Origin: an uncultured Chloroflexia bacterium | GTDB taxonomy: Bacteria > Chloroflexota > Dehalococcoidia > SM23-28-2 > RBG-16-64-32 | Assembly: GCA_963738925.1 (NCBI GenBank) | Contig: CAVTYE010000002.1 | Coordinates: 727,905 to 791,904 of the forward strand | DNA length: 64,000 nucleotides | Reading direction: 5' to 3' | Shown: piece by piece, positions 34,997 to 44,876 of the stretch | Numbering within the stretch: the stretch's first letter is position 1 | How the letters are laid out: each line of letters starts with the position of its first letter | Made by a program: the position numbers and the translations under genes | Notes under the pieces: generated by a model | The model's input: the letters and a program-made list of their open reading frames with translations, nothing else | What the model was told of the DNA's origin: nothing | Databases searched by the model: none

Positions 34997-35863
34997 CTAG
35001 CGCGCCGTCAGGGCGCTCGCCGACCCGACGACAACCTTCGTGCCGTCGGCCTTCGCCACCCACACCTGCGAGTGGGCCCGCATCCGCGAACCTTCCGCCG
35101 TCTCCTCCGTGACCTGCCCGCCGGCCGCGACCCGCTCGCCCTGCCAGAGCACGTTGACCAGGTTCACGTTCATCTTGCCGCCCCTGAACCAGCCCTCCCC
35201 GAACCGCTCCGTCATCATCCCGGAGACAAAGCAGAGCGACATCATCCCCTGCACTACGATGTCCGGAAAGCCCAGCTTCCGCGCCTCCTCCACGTCGTTG
35301 TGGTAGTTCTTGTTGGGGCCGGAGAAGAGCTGGCACATCTCGATGGTGATCTCGCGCTCCGGGCCGGCGAGCGTCTCGATCACCCCCGCCTGCTCGATCT
35401 CGAACTTGCGGTCGGTCCGCTTCTCCCGGTCCTTGTCGACGACCACGCCCGAGGACTTGTTGACGAAGCTCTGGTGAGTACGGCCGCGGTTCAGGAGCTG
35501 CCCATCGTCGCCGTAGACGCCGACTTCCATGACCACGTACTCGCGGTCGCGCTTCAGATAGCGCTCGACGATCTGACGCCGCGCGGTGACCGTATCGCCG
35601 ACCATGATCGGCGCGAAGACCTCGAACTCCTGGCGCGCGTGCAGGTTCCCGAAGTAGCTGAGGTACCAGTCGATCGTGTGGTAGACCTCCGAGTGCAGGA
35701 TCAGCGCCGGCGCCACCGGCCCGCCGAACGGCGAGGCCCCGAAGTACCACGGGTTCTGGTCCTGGACCGCTCCCGCGTAGTGCGCCACCAGCTCCGGCGT
35801 AATCTCGATTCGTCGCTCGCCGTAGTACCGGCCGACGTACTTCTCGTCCGTGCGCGTGACCAT
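34997..35863 (-). CDS. MaoC-like (double hot-dog) dehydratase family protein
   Basis: 288 aa. HAYAGAVQDQNPWY...ILHSE and a second half NKNYHNDVEEARKLGFPDIVVQGMM are typical of MaoC/hot-dog folds. Confidence 0.7.
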   Translation of the reverse strand: MVTRTDEKYVGRYYGERRIEITPELVAHYAGAVQDQNPWYFGASPFGGPVAPALILHSEVYHTIDWYLSYFGNLHARQEFEVFAPIMVGDTVTARRQIVERYLKRDREYVVMEVGVYGDDGQLLNRGRTHQSFVNKSSGVVVDKDREKRTDRKFEIEQAGVIETLAGPEREITIEMCQLFSGPNKNYHNDVEEARKLGFPDIVVQGMMSLCFVSGMMTERFGEGWFRGGKMNVNLVNVLWQGERVAAGGQVTEETAEGSRMRAHSQVWVAKADGTKVVVGSASALTAR

Positions 35864-35898
35864 GTGCCCAGTCTACGGGAGGCGGCGAAAAGTGGAAA

Positions 35899-37104
35899 CT
35901 AGCGGAACGGCGTCGGTGTTACCGATGTGACCGGCGTCGCCTGGTCGGTCGTCAGTTGCGTCAGCCCCGTGCCGTCCGGGCGGATCGTATAGACGTCGCG
36001 GCGGCCGTTCCGGGTGGACGAGAAGGCGATCACACTGCCGTCCGGCGACCAGTGTGGCGTCGCGTCCCAGGCAGGATCGTCCGTCAACCGCTTTTGCCCG
36101 GAGCCGTCGGCGTTGGCGACGTACAGCTCCCGGTTGAGGTCGCGGATCGAGATAAAGGCCAGGCGACTCCCGTCCGGCGACCAGGCCGGCGACGTGTCGT
36201 CGCGCAGCGCGTCGGTCACCCGCGTCAACTCGGAGAGACGCGTGTCCATCGTGTAGATCTCCCCGTCGGCGTCCCGGTGCGAGACGAAGGCCAAGCGCAC
36301 GCCGTCCGGCGACCAGGCCGGCGAGTCGTCGGACAGCGGCCGCACGGTCATGTTCACCTTGTCGGAGCCGTCGGCGTTCATCACGAAGATGTCGACGCTG
36401 GCGATGTCCGTGGTCTCGTAGGCTATGCGCGATCCGTCCGGCGACCAGCTCGCCTGCAGGTCGTCGTAGGGGTCGTCGGTCAGGCGCACCTGGTTGCTGC
36501 CGTCGGCGTTCATCACCCAGATATCGAAGTCGTCGTTGCGGTTGCTGGCGAAGAGCAGCTTCGTCCCGTCCGGCGAGTAGCCGTAAGGGATATCGACTCC
36601 CGGCGAATTGGTCAGGCGGGTGACGTTGCCGCCGTCCGGGTCCATCGCATAGATCTCGCCGTTGCCGTCGCGCTCGCTGTAGAACGCGATCCGCTTGCCG
36701 TCTGGAGACCAGACCGGGAAGGCGTCCGGCTCCTTGCCGCTGGTCAGCCGCGTCAGATCGGACCCGTCGGCGTTCATCACGTACACGTCGGTGTTGTCGT
36801 CGGCGTTCGTCAGGTCGAACACGCGGTCGCTGTAAAACGCGATCCGCGATCCGTCCGGCGACCAGATCGGCTCGGCGTCCCAGGGGAAGAACGCCCCCAG
36901 CTCCTGCGGAGAGCGGTTGCCCAGGCGCGGCAGCCGGACGACGTAGTCGCCGTTCTTCCGGGAGATGAAGATCATGTGGCCGTAGCCGGGTGAGCTCCCG
37001 CCCAGCGACTCGGCCACGATGACGACGCCGGCCAGCCCCGCAACCAGCGCAACGATGACCGCTACGGCGATCAGCGCCAGCCGCTTCACCGCGCCGGCCT
37101 CCAC
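35899..37104 (-). CDS. PD40/TolB-like beta-propeller repeat protein (N-terminal TM anchor)
   Basis: Repeated PxWSPDGxRIAFxSxRDGxxEIYxMxADGS units (at least 7). N-terminal LALIAVAVIVALVAGLAGVVIV. Confidence 0.85.
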   Translation of the reverse strand: MEAGAVKRLALIAVAVIVALVAGLAGVVIVAESLGGSSPGYGHMIFISRKNGDYVVRLPRLGNRSPQELGAFFPWDAEPIWSPDGSRIAFYSDRVFDLTNADDNTDVYVMNADGSDLTRLTSGKEPDAFPVWSPDGKRIAFYSERDGNGEIYAMDPDGGNVTRLTNSPGVDIPYGYSPDGTKLLFASNRNDDFDIWVMNADGSNQVRLTDDPYDDLQASWSPDGSRIAYETTDIASVDIFVMNADGSDKVNMTVRPLSDDSPAWSPDGVRLAFVSHRDADGEIYTMDTRLSELTRVTDALRDDTSPAWSPDGSRLAFISIRDLNRELYVANADGSGQKRLTDDPAWDATPHWSPDGSVIAFSSTRNGRRDVYTIRPDGTGLTQLTTDQATPVTSVTPTPFR

Positions 37105-39026
37105 ACCGGGTCGCTGGCCGCGCCGTCCGTCGGGCTCACGCGCGCCGGGGCTGAGCCGTCAGCGTTCATCACGTAAATGCCCGCCGGCGCCTCCCGCTCG
37201 GAGACAAAGGCGATCAAATTGCCGTCCGGAGACCACTCTGGCTCGCTGTCAGCGCCGCTCGCATCCGTCAGGCGGGTGAGGTTGCTCCCGTCGGCGGCCA
37301 CCGTGTAGACGTCCGGGTTGCCATCGACATCGCTGCTGAAGGCGATGAGCGACCCGTCAGGCGACCAGGCGGCGTCGGCCTGCTGCCCGGGCGTGTCCAC
37401 CAGCACGTGATCATCGCTCCCGTCAGAGCCAACCTCGCGCAAGGTGCTCTGCCCGTCCGCCGTCGACTCGTAGACGATCTGGGAGCCGTCCGGCGACCAG
37501 GCCGGGTGGTTGTCCACGGCGCGGCTGGTCGTCAGCCGGATCTCGCCGCTGCCGTCCACGTTGGCGACGTAGAGGTCAACGTTCATGTCCTCCTGCAGGG
37601 CGCCGGTGGTGCGGATGAAGGCGATGCGCTTGCTGTCCGGGGACCAGACCGGCTCGCTGGCTCCGTTGGGGTTGTCGGCCAGCAGCGCCGGGTCCGTCCC
37701 GTCCGGCTTCGACGTGTAGACCTCATCATGGCCGCTGCGGTTCGAGACAAAGGCGAGCAACGACCCGTCCGGGGACATCACGGGGTCATGAGCTTCCGCC
37801 GCATCGGGGATCAGGAGCTGTTGCGACTTGCCATCGGCGTTCATCGAGTAGATCGAGCGGCGCCCGTCGCGCAGCGTATCGAAGATGATCTTCGAGCCGT
37901 CGATCAGCCACGTCGGCGAACGGTCGCTGCTTGGGCGGTCCGTGTACAGGGACGTCGGCGACCCGCTGGCCTTCACACCTTCGATGCTCAGATTGCCGTC
38001 GCGGCTGGACGAAAAGATGATGTACTGCCCGCTCGGCGACCAGGCCGGCGTCGCCAGCGTAGACAGCTGCTGCGAGGCCATCTTCTGCAGGCCGGACCCA
38101 TCGATGTTGATCTTGTAGATCTCGCGCAGACCGTCGCGGTCGGAGTAGAAGGCGAGCTGCGACCCGTCCGGCGACCACTCGGGGTCTCCGTCGTTGGCCG
38201 GGTCGTGGACCACGCGCCGCAGCCCCCCGCCATCAATGTTGACGAAGTACACATCGGTGTTGCCCGACTGGTCAGAGGCGAAGGCGACGCGGTCTCCCCC
38301 AGGCGACCACTTCGGCGTGATGTCCTGCCCCTCACTGCCGTAAAGCAGCTGCTGGCCGGAGCCGTCGGCGTTCATCACCCAGATGTCGTAGGTGCCGCCC
38401 CGGTCCGACTCAAAGACGAGGCGCGAACCGTCCGGCGACCAGTCCGGGAACCCATCGTCGGCGGGATCGTTGGTGAGGCGCGTCTGGTTCGTCCCGTCGG
38501 CGTTCATCACGTAGATCTCGCCGTTTCCGTCACGATTGGAGGCGAAGGCCAGGCGATTGCCGTCCGGCGACCACCTGGCGAACCCGTCGTCCGAGTCCTC
38601 GAAGGTCAGCCTATGCTGATCGCTGCCGTCGGCGTTCATCACGTACACATCCGCCGAGCCCTCCCGCTGGGACGTGAACGCGATCTGGCGCGAGTCCGGG
38701 GACCAGGCCGGGTACGTGTTCGTGGCGTACCCGGTGCTGGACGGCTGGTGGAGATCGCTGCCGTACTCGTTGACAGTCCGGATCACCGTCGCCCCCTGCA
38801 CGTTGGCGACGAACGCCAGCACCCGCGCTCCCACCGGCGTTCCGGTGACCAGCGGCGTCCCGGTCACCCGGTCAATCGCCTCGCTGCCGCCACAGGCGAC
38901 GGCCGCCACCAGCGCCAACGCCAAGAGCGGCGCGCAAAGACAAGCGCGCCTGACTGACGGGCGCCGAACCAGAGGTGGGATGCTCAAATGCACTCGATTC
39001 TTGTTATTGAGCGACTCGCAAGTCAA
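37086..39026 (-). CDS. PD40/TolB-like beta-propeller repeat protein (lipoprotein-like signal)
   Basis: 646 aa. LLALALVAAVACGG is lipobox-like. About 12 PD40 units (WSPDGxxxAFxSxRxGxxDxYxMNADGS). It overlaps the downstream paralogue by 19 nt. Confidence 0.85.
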   Translation of the reverse strand: MTCESLNNKNRVHLSIPPLVRRPSVRRACLCAPLLALALVAAVACGGSEAIDRVTGTPLVTGTPVGARVLAFVANVQGATVIRTVNEYGSDLHQPSSTGYATNTYPAWSPDSRQIAFTSQREGSADVYVMNADGSDQHRLTFEDSDDGFARWSPDGNRLAFASNRDGNGEIYVMNADGTNQTRLTNDPADDGFPDWSPDGSRLVFESDRGGTYDIWVMNADGSGQQLLYGSEGQDITPKWSPGGDRVAFASDQSGNTDVYFVNIDGGGLRRVVHDPANDGDPEWSPDGSQLAFYSDRDGLREIYKINIDGSGLQKMASQQLSTLATPAWSPSGQYIIFSSSRDGNLSIEGVKASGSPTSLYTDRPSSDRSPTWLIDGSKIIFDTLRDGRRSIYSMNADGKSQQLLIPDAAEAHDPVMSPDGSLLAFVSNRSGHDEVYTSKPDGTDPALLADNPNGASEPVWSPDSKRIAFIRTTGALQEDMNVDLYVANVDGSGEIRLTTSRAVDNHPAWSPDGSQIVYESTADGQSTLREVGSDGSDDHVLVDTPGQQADAAWSPDGSLIAFSSDVDGNPDVYTVAADGSNLTRLTDASGADSEPEWSPDGNLIAFVSEREAPAGIYVMNADGSAPARVSPTDGAASDPVWRPAR

Positions 39027-39131
39027 GCGAAACTCTAACGTCTACGTAATAGTTTCTTAGTGACTGACCGGTCTGTTCCTTGCAGCGTAACTTTCACTCC
39101 CCTTAAACTACAATCCCACTGGAACCCCCAC

Positions 39132-40259
39132 ATGCTTTTGGTCGCCCGTAAGAATCTCTTCTCGGAGAAGACGCGCCTCGCCATCTCCATCGGTGGCGTC
39201 GCCCTGTCCGTTTTCCTGATCGGAATCCTGCTTTCGCTCTATCGCGGCTGGGACCAGCAGGTCGGCAGCTTCGTCGAGCAGGTCCCGGCCGATCTCTGGG
39301 TCGCCAGTGATGGTACGACCGACTTCGCCGCCGCGGCCTCCATTCTCCCGCAGTCCCTGGGCACCCAGCTCAGCTACGCCCCCGACGTCGAAACCGTGAG
39401 CCAGCTGATCGTCCGGCCGATGGGCGTCTACCGCCAACAGGACCCGCCGACTGACACGTTCGACCTGCAGATGGTCGGCTACGATCCGAAAGTCGCCATC
39501 GGCGGCCCCCTGCGCATCATCGAGGGCAAGAGCACGCCCGGCCCCGGCGAGATCATCGTCGATGAGCAGATGCACAAGCGGCACAACGTCAACATCGGCG
39601 ACAAGCTGGTCCGTGGCACGAAAACGCTGACCGTCACCGGCTATTCGGCCGGCGGCGACTTCGTCTACACCCAGGTCGGCTTCGTCACCCTGGACACCGC
39701 GATCGACTTCCTCTCGCTAAACCCCCAGGGCCAGCGCACGTTCTTCATCATCAAGCTCAAGGACGGCGTCGACGTCGACTCGGCGGCCGCGCGCTTCCAG
39801 CTGGCGACACCGGGCGTCAAGTTCATCAAGCCTTCCGACTTCGCCCACGAGACCCGCAAGCGCATCCTCGGCAACATCCTGCCGATCCTGATCGTGGTCC
39901 TCATCATCTCCTTCATCGTCGGCCTCGCCGTCGCCGGCCTCACAATTTACACAGCGACGATCGAAAAATCCCGCGAGTATGGCATCCTGAAGGCGGAGGG
40001 CTTCACGAACCGCTACTTATACCGGCTTGTCTTCGAACAGAGCCTGTTGACCGGGCTGCTCGGCTTTCTCGTCGGGGCCGGGCTGACCCTGATCGTCGCT
40101 CCGTTCGCCCAGGAAAGCGTGCCCCAGTTCGTCGTCTTTGTCCGCTGGCAGGACATCAGCGCCGTCGCCGGGACGACGCTGGTCATGTCGCTGCTCGCGG
40201 CGTATATCCCAATTAGAAGGTTGACCAGCATTGATCCAGTCTCCGTCTTCAAAGGCTAG
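39132..40259 (+). CDS. ABC transporter permease, FtsX/MacB-like
   Basis: The start was moved to ATG 39132 (MLLVARKNLFSEKTRLAISIGGVALSVFLI, a typical family N-terminus). It has a large periplasmic loop and a C-terminal FtsX-type 3-TM bundle (REYGILKAEGF...). Confidence 0.8.
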   Translation: MLLVARKNLFSEKTRLAISIGGVALSVFLIGILLSLYRGWDQQVGSFVEQVPADLWVASDGTTDFAAAASILPQSLGTQLSYAPDVETVSQLIVRPMGVYRQQDPPTDTFDLQMVGYDPKVAIGGPLRIIEGKSTPGPGEIIVDEQMHKRHNVNIGDKLVRGTKTLTVTGYSAGGDFVYTQVGFVTLDTAIDFLSLNPQGQRTFFIIKLKDGVDVDSAAARFQLATPGVKFIKPSDFAHETRKRILGNILPILIVVLIISFIVGLAVAGLTIYTATIEKSREYGILKAEGFTNRYLYRLVFEQSLLTGLLGFLVGAGLTLIVAPFAQESVPQFVVFVRWQDISAVAGTTLVMSLLAAYIPIRRLTSIDPVSVFKG

Positions 40260-40980
40260 CCCGGACCCCGCCGGAGAGCGGCAGTCGATTCTCCACCTGG
40301 AGAACGTCAGCAAGTTCTACCGGACAGGCGACTTCACGGTCACCGCGCTGAAGGACGTCAACTTCCAGGTCTTCGGCGGCGAAATCGTCGCCGTCATGGG
40401 CCCGTCCGGCTCCGGCAAGACCACGCTCCTCACGATCGCCGGCGCCCTCCTCCGGCCCTCGGTCGGGCGCGTCGAGATCTGTGGCATCGATGTCACCAAC
40501 ATGCGCGAGAGCCAGCTCGCCGAGGTCAGGCGCCAGCGAGTCGGCTTCGTCTACCAGAGCTTCAACCTGCTGGAGTCGTTGACGGCCACGGAGAACGTCA
40601 GGCTGGTCATCCAGAATCACAACAAGAGCAGCCGCAAAGACGCCGCCAATCGCGCCCGTGAGCTGCTCGAGATGTTCGGCCTCGGCCACCGCCTCAACTC
40701 CCTGCCCAAGAAGATGAGCGACGGCGAGAAGCAGCGCGTCGCCATCGCCCGTGCCCTCGCCAAGGACCCCGAGCTTCTCCTCGCCGACGAGCCTACCGCC
40801 AACCTGGACGCGCGCCGCGGCCAGGAAGTGATGGGGCTGCTAAGAGAGAAGGCCGTGGAGCTGAACAAGGCCGTCGTCGTCGTTTCCCACGACAACCGCA
40901 TCCGCCAGTTCGCGCACCGCATCGTCTGGCTGGAAGACGGGACGATCAAGGACGAGGACACGCACGACGTGGGCCACTAG
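40231..40980 (+). CDS. ABC transporter ATP-binding protein (MacB/LolD-like)
   Basis: Walker [11 protein letters not shown]-loop YQSFNL, signature [15 protein letters not shown], Walker [10 protein letters not shown]-loop VVVSHD. The exact start is uncertain (TTG at 40231). Confidence 0.9.
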   Translation: MIQSPSSKASPDPAGERQSILHLENVSKFYRTGDFTVTALKDVNFQVFGGEIVAVMGPSGSGKTTLLTIAGALLRPSVGRVEICGIDVTNMRESQLAEVRRQRVGFVYQSFNLLESLTATENVRLVIQNHNKSSRKDAANRARELLEMFGLGHRLNSLPKKMSDGEKQRVAIARALAKDPELLLADEPTANLDARRGQEVMGLLREKAVELNKAVVVVSHDNRIRQFAHRIVWLEDGTIKDEDTHDVGH

Positions 40981-40986
40981 GCCCGG

Positions 40987-41136
40987 CTACTCGGTCTTGT
41001 CGCGCCGATCGTCGATGTAGTGCTCGGCAAGAAACGGTATCGCCACGAAGGCGCCCATCAAGGCCAGGATCAGGACCGCGGTCACGGTCACCTCGATGAT
41101 GTCGCCGGAGCTCCAGGTCAGGTAGATCGCCAGCAT
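40987..41136 (-). CDS. Possible 49-aa single-TM peptide
   Basis: Not in the track (below the length cutoff). MLAIYLTWSSGDIIEVTVTAVLILALMGAFVAIPFLAEHYIDDRRDKTE. Weak RBS. Confidence 0.25.
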   Translation of the reverse strand: MLAIYLTWSSGDIIEVTVTAVLILALMGAFVAIPFLAEHYIDDRRDKTE

Positions 41137-41278
41137 TCGTTCGTCTCACATTGAGCATAGGGCGGCTGCGCCCCGCGCTCAAGCTGGCGCAGGCTGACCT
41201 GCTTCGGAAACCAGAGACCGGCCGGGCGCCGATGCGAACGTTCACATCAGCGCCCGGCCGGGCCGGAACGGGACTGGC

Positions 41279-42394
41279 TCAGGCAGTCGCGGCCTGGGCG
41301 TGGACGCCCTCCTTGGGGTCGATCATCCCGAGCTTCTTGACCACGGAGAACTCGCCGTCGTGCGCCTGCGCGACGTACATGTTCAGGCGTGGGTGGTGCT
41401 CGCCGGGGACCATCTCCGCCGGTCCGCCGGGGCCCTGGGCGATCTTCGCGTGGTCCAGCGCCCGGATCACGTCGTCCTGGTTCAGGGTGCCGGCTTCCTT
41501 CACCGCTGCCTCCCAGAGCTTGAGGCCGCGGTAAGTGCCGGAACAGGCGCTGCCGGCCGTGAACTTCACGTCGCCCGGGAAGCGCGTGTTGTAGCGGTCC
41601 AGAAGCTGGCGGCTGAACGGATCGCCGACGCTTTCGTAGAAGTCCAGGCAGCTGTACAGCCCCTCGACGTGCTCCGCCGGCACCAGGTTGAGGAAGTTCT
41701 CGTCGAAGTAGGTGCAAATGAGCTGTCCGCCGCCCTTCGTGAAGCCCGCGTTGTACAGCAGCTCCAGGAACGGGGTCAGCCCCGGCGGCACGATGGTGTT
41801 GAAGACCGCGTCGGCGCCGCTGGAGACGATCTTCTTGACGGTCTCGCCGTACTCCATCTCGTCCATCGGGAAGTACTCCTCGCCGACGATCTCACCGCCC
41901 GCGGCCGTGACCAGCTCGCGGACCTTCTTGTTCATCACGTGCGGCCAGATGTAGTCGGCGGAGGGCAGGTAGAAGCGCTTCGCGCCCGTCTCCCGCATCA
42001 TCCAGGGGATGAAGTGCTCGAGTTGCTGCGCCGGCACCGGGCCTGTGCAGAAGAGCAGCGGATCGTACTCCTGGCCCTCGTACTGCTCCGGGTAGATGTA
42101 GAGCTTCTTCGCCTCTGCCACCACCGGCCCCTTGATCGCCTGCCGCGTGGAGCTGTAGATGCCGCCGAGAACCAGGTCGACGTTGTCGCGCTGGACCAGC
42201 TTCGCCGCCTTCGCTGCCGCGACGCTGTCGTTCGTCTCGCTGTCCTCCAGGATCAACTCGATTCGCCGCCCCAGCAGGCCGCCTTCGGCGTTGATGTCGT
42301 CGATGACCATCCTCGCCACGTTCGCGTTCGCCTGGCCCATGAACGAAAGCGGTCCGGTCTGGTCCATGATGACCCCCACTTTGATGTCTGCCAT
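41279..42394 (-). CDS. Type 1 periplasmic-binding-fold protein, AmiC / branched-chain amino-acid-binding family, no signal peptide
   Basis: The start was moved to ATG 42394 (AGGAGG 6 nt upstream). MADIKVGVIMDQTGPLSFMGQANANVARMVIDDINAEGGLLGRRIELILEDSETN... is typical of the family. The missing signal peptide suggests a cytoplasmic AmiC-like sensor. Confidence 0.75.
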   Translation of the reverse strand: MADIKVGVIMDQTGPLSFMGQANANVARMVIDDINAEGGLLGRRIELILEDSETNDSVAAAKAAKLVQRDNVDLVLGGIYSSTRQAIKGPVVAEAKKLYIYPEQYEGQEYDPLLFCTGPVPAQQLEHFIPWMMRETGAKRFYLPSADYIWPHVMNKKVRELVTAAGGEIVGEEYFPMDEMEYGETVKKIVSSGADAVFNTIVPPGLTPFLELLYNAGFTKGGGQLICTYFDENFLNLVPAEHVEGLYSCLDFYESVGDPFSRQLLDRYNTRFPGDVKFTAGSACSGTYRGLKLWEAAVKEAGTLNQDDVIRALDHAKIAQGPGGPAEMVPGEHHPRLNMYVAQAHDGEFSVVKKLGMIDPKEGVHAQAATA

Positions 42395-42493
42395 TGCCGT
42401 CCTCCTCTTGGTGATTTGATCTCGAAGCAAGTCGCTTCCAACTCACCTTATTGAGGTGCGGCAGGGGATGGTATCGACAGAACTGTCGATTTC

Positions 42494-43997
42494 TCAGTCG
42501 AGGAGCCCGTGCTCCATGGCGAACAGCGCTGCACCGGCGCGCGTGGAGATCGCCGCCTTCTCGTAGACGTGCGCCGCGTGCGTGTGCGCCGTCGAGGGCG
42601 AGATGACTAGCTCCTCGGCGATCTGCTTAAGCGTCAGGCCGCGCGCCAGGAACTGCAGCACTTCGATCTCCCGCCGGGTCAGCCCCGCCGGTCCGCGCTC
42701 GCTTCTTCTCCGGCGGTTTCGCGCCCGCCACCTGCAGCACCGCCCGCACGGCGTCGGCATCCAGCGCCTCTTTCGCTAGCTCGGCGACGCATTCGTCAGG
42801 CGTGAGCGCCGGCCGGCCCGGTCTCTCCACGAGCAGCTCCGCACAGGCGTCCGCCGCGGCCAGGACGCGCGCCGGCCTGTCCAGCGAGGACCCGGGCAGA
42901 CCGCGATAGTAGCCGCTGCCGTCGGTCCGTTCGTGGTGAAGGCCGGCCACCCGGGCCAGCGGCTGGAACAAAGTGCTGCGCTCCAGGATGCGCTCAGTGT
43001 GGTATGGGTGCAGCCGCACCTGCTCCAGCTCAATCGTGCCAAGCGACGGCCTCTCCCAGATCCCCGTCGAGATCCCCACGCGGCCCAGGTCGTGCAGCAG
43101 TCCGGCCCGCCGCAGCGTGTCGCACTCCTCATCGCTCATCCCCAGCGACCTCGCCGCCCCCTCGGCGAGCCGGGCGACCCGCGAAGAGTGTCCGTGCAGA
43201 AACGGCGTCTTCAGATCGACGAAGTCCCCGAACACCCGGCAGATGTCGTCGAGGCGCTCCCCGCCGACGATCCGCCACGGCCCGGGCTCCGCGGCCAGCA
43301 CCGCTTGCCAGGAGTCCGGGGCCTCGAGGCATTCGAACAGCTCGTCGGCATGCTCGACGAACATCTCCGAGATGGTGGGGTCCAGCACGCGTCCGGACCA
43401 CGCTTGCACCGTCCCCAGCGCGTGCTCTGGCCCCGCCGCCTGGCCAAACATCGCGGCGGCGCTTGCCACGTGGCCGATGCGGGTCGCCAGCGGGATGTCG
43501 TCTCCGGCCACGCCGTTGGGAACGCCCTGGCCGTCCCAGCGCTCGAAGATGTGCCGCACGCTGTCGGCCACGCTCTCCTCCAGCCCCAGGCGCCGGACCA
43601 GGCGGCCCCCGACCTCGCGGTCCGTCTTGCTTCCCTCAGCCACCACCTGCATCGCCTCGGCCGGGTCCATCCCGTCCTTGCCGAGGTTGGTCAGCAGGCG
43701 CGTGAGCTGATCGAGGTCGTCCGTGTCGATCGCGTCACCGCCGAAGCGGACGGCGACGTCATTGCCGCCCAGGTACAGCGCGAACTCGTGCGAGGTCGAC
43801 GTGCAGCCGGCGGCGCGCAGCAGCGTCGAGAAATAGACCACGGTCCGGTCCTCGCGCGAGAGGCCAAGGTGTCCCGCCAGGTTCGTCGCGATGATCGTCT
43901 TGTACAGCGCCTGCCCAGGCGGCTGCCCGCGCACGAGGTCCGTCGCCACCGAGAGGGCGGCCAGCGGCTCCGCCAGGCGAAACTCAGAAGCTGTCAC
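42494..43997 (-). pseudogene. HD/HD-GYP-type phosphohydrolase fused to a LuxR-type HTH, split by one frameshift (may be a sequencing error)
   Basis: ORF 42627-43997 has HGHSSRVARLAEGAA...LLHDLGRVGI...HHERTDGSGYYRGL (HD-GYP-like) and ends ...AKPPEKKRARTGG. The overlapping ORF 42494-42760 in another frame reads ...SERGPAGLTRREIEVLQFLARGLTLKQIAEELVISPSTAHTHAAHVYEKA. The frames join near 42715-42725. Confidence 0.7.
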
Positions 43998-44040
43998 TGG
44001 TCATACTGACGCCGCGGTCGGCGACGCTCTTGGCACGAAG

Positions 44041-44757
44041 TCATTCGGCCTCGAGGACGAAGCGCCGGAACGCCTCGCCCAGCTCGAAGTCCTGCCCCTC
44101 CGCCATCCAGCCACCAAGCCACCGCGCAAACTCCACCGCGTCCTCTCCGAGCTGGCTCGAATGCGCGAGCAGCGCCTTGCACTTGAGGTCGAACGTCTCG
44201 CCGATGTCGACAAATGTGTTCGGCTGGGCGGATGCCGCCAGCCAGAGCTGCGCCACCTTGTGCGGCTCCAGCCCGTCGGCCAGCAGCTCAGGAAAAGTCA
44301 GCCGGTCGCGGGCGGTTGGGAAGACGGCGTCGATCGTCGCGTCACCGCTGGCCCGGTGGTCCGGGTGATTGACATAGGTCTCCGTCAGGAAGCGGTTCGT
44401 CGGGTCGTAGCAGATCACCACCTCGGGCCGGTGGGTGCGGATGACCCGCGCCAGGTCCCGCCGCAGCTCCAGCGTGTGCTGCAGATAGCCATCGGGATAG
44501 CCCATGAACACGAACTCCGCGACCCCCAGGATCCGGCCGGCCTCCCGCTGCTCCTTCTCCCGGATCTCGGCGAGCTGGGAGGGCGTCATCTTCGGGTCAT
44601 CGCTGCCCTTGTCGCCCTTCGTCACGACGACGTAGGTGACGCGGCTGCCGGCCTTGCTCCACTTGGCGACGGTGCCGGCGGAGATGAACTCGGCGTCGTC
44701 AGGGTGAGCCACGACGACCATCGCCGACTTCGGAGTGTAGTTCTGGCTATCGGTCAC
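44041..44757 (-). CDS. PIG-L/LmbE family deacetylase
   Basis: VVVAHPDDAEF, VVVTKGDKGS and YVNHPDHRASG are LmbE-like zinc-deacetylase motifs. The GTG start is preceded by AGGGAG. Confidence 0.8.
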   Translation of the reverse strand: MTDSQNYTPKSAMVVVAHPDDAEFISAGTVAKWSKAGSRVTYVVVTKGDKGSDDPKMTPSQLAEIREKEQREAGRILGVAEFVFMGYPDGYLQHTLELRRDLARVIRTHRPEVVICYDPTNRFLTETYVNHPDHRASGDATIDAVFPTARDRLTFPELLADGLEPHKVAQLWLAASAQPNTFVDIGETFDLKCKALLAHSSQLGEDAVEFARWLGGWMAEGQDFELGEAFRRFVLEAE

Positions 44758-44784
44758 TGAGACTCCCTTGCGACGGGCTCATCT

Positions 44785-44859
44785 TGGCGCCCCCGACAGG
44801 ACTCGAACCTGTGCCCCCGGCTTCGGAGGCCGGTGCTCTATCCACTGAGCTACGGGGGC
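44785..44859 (-). tRNA. tRNA-Arg (anticodon CCG), CCA encoded
   Basis: The reverse strand folds as GCCCCCG-TA-GCTC-AGTGGATA-GAGC-A-CCGGC-CTCCGAA-GCCGG-GGGC-ACAGG-TTCGAGT-CCTGT-CGGGGGC-G-CCA. It is 75 nt and all stems are complementary. Confidence 0.9.
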
Positions 44860-44876
44860 GCAGCGCCGATTGTAAC

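Noticed and set aside
44784-44876. The 5' extension of the otsA ORF.
   Set aside because: It overlaps the tRNA-Arg(CCG) gene on the opposite strand, so the real start must lie downstream of 44859.
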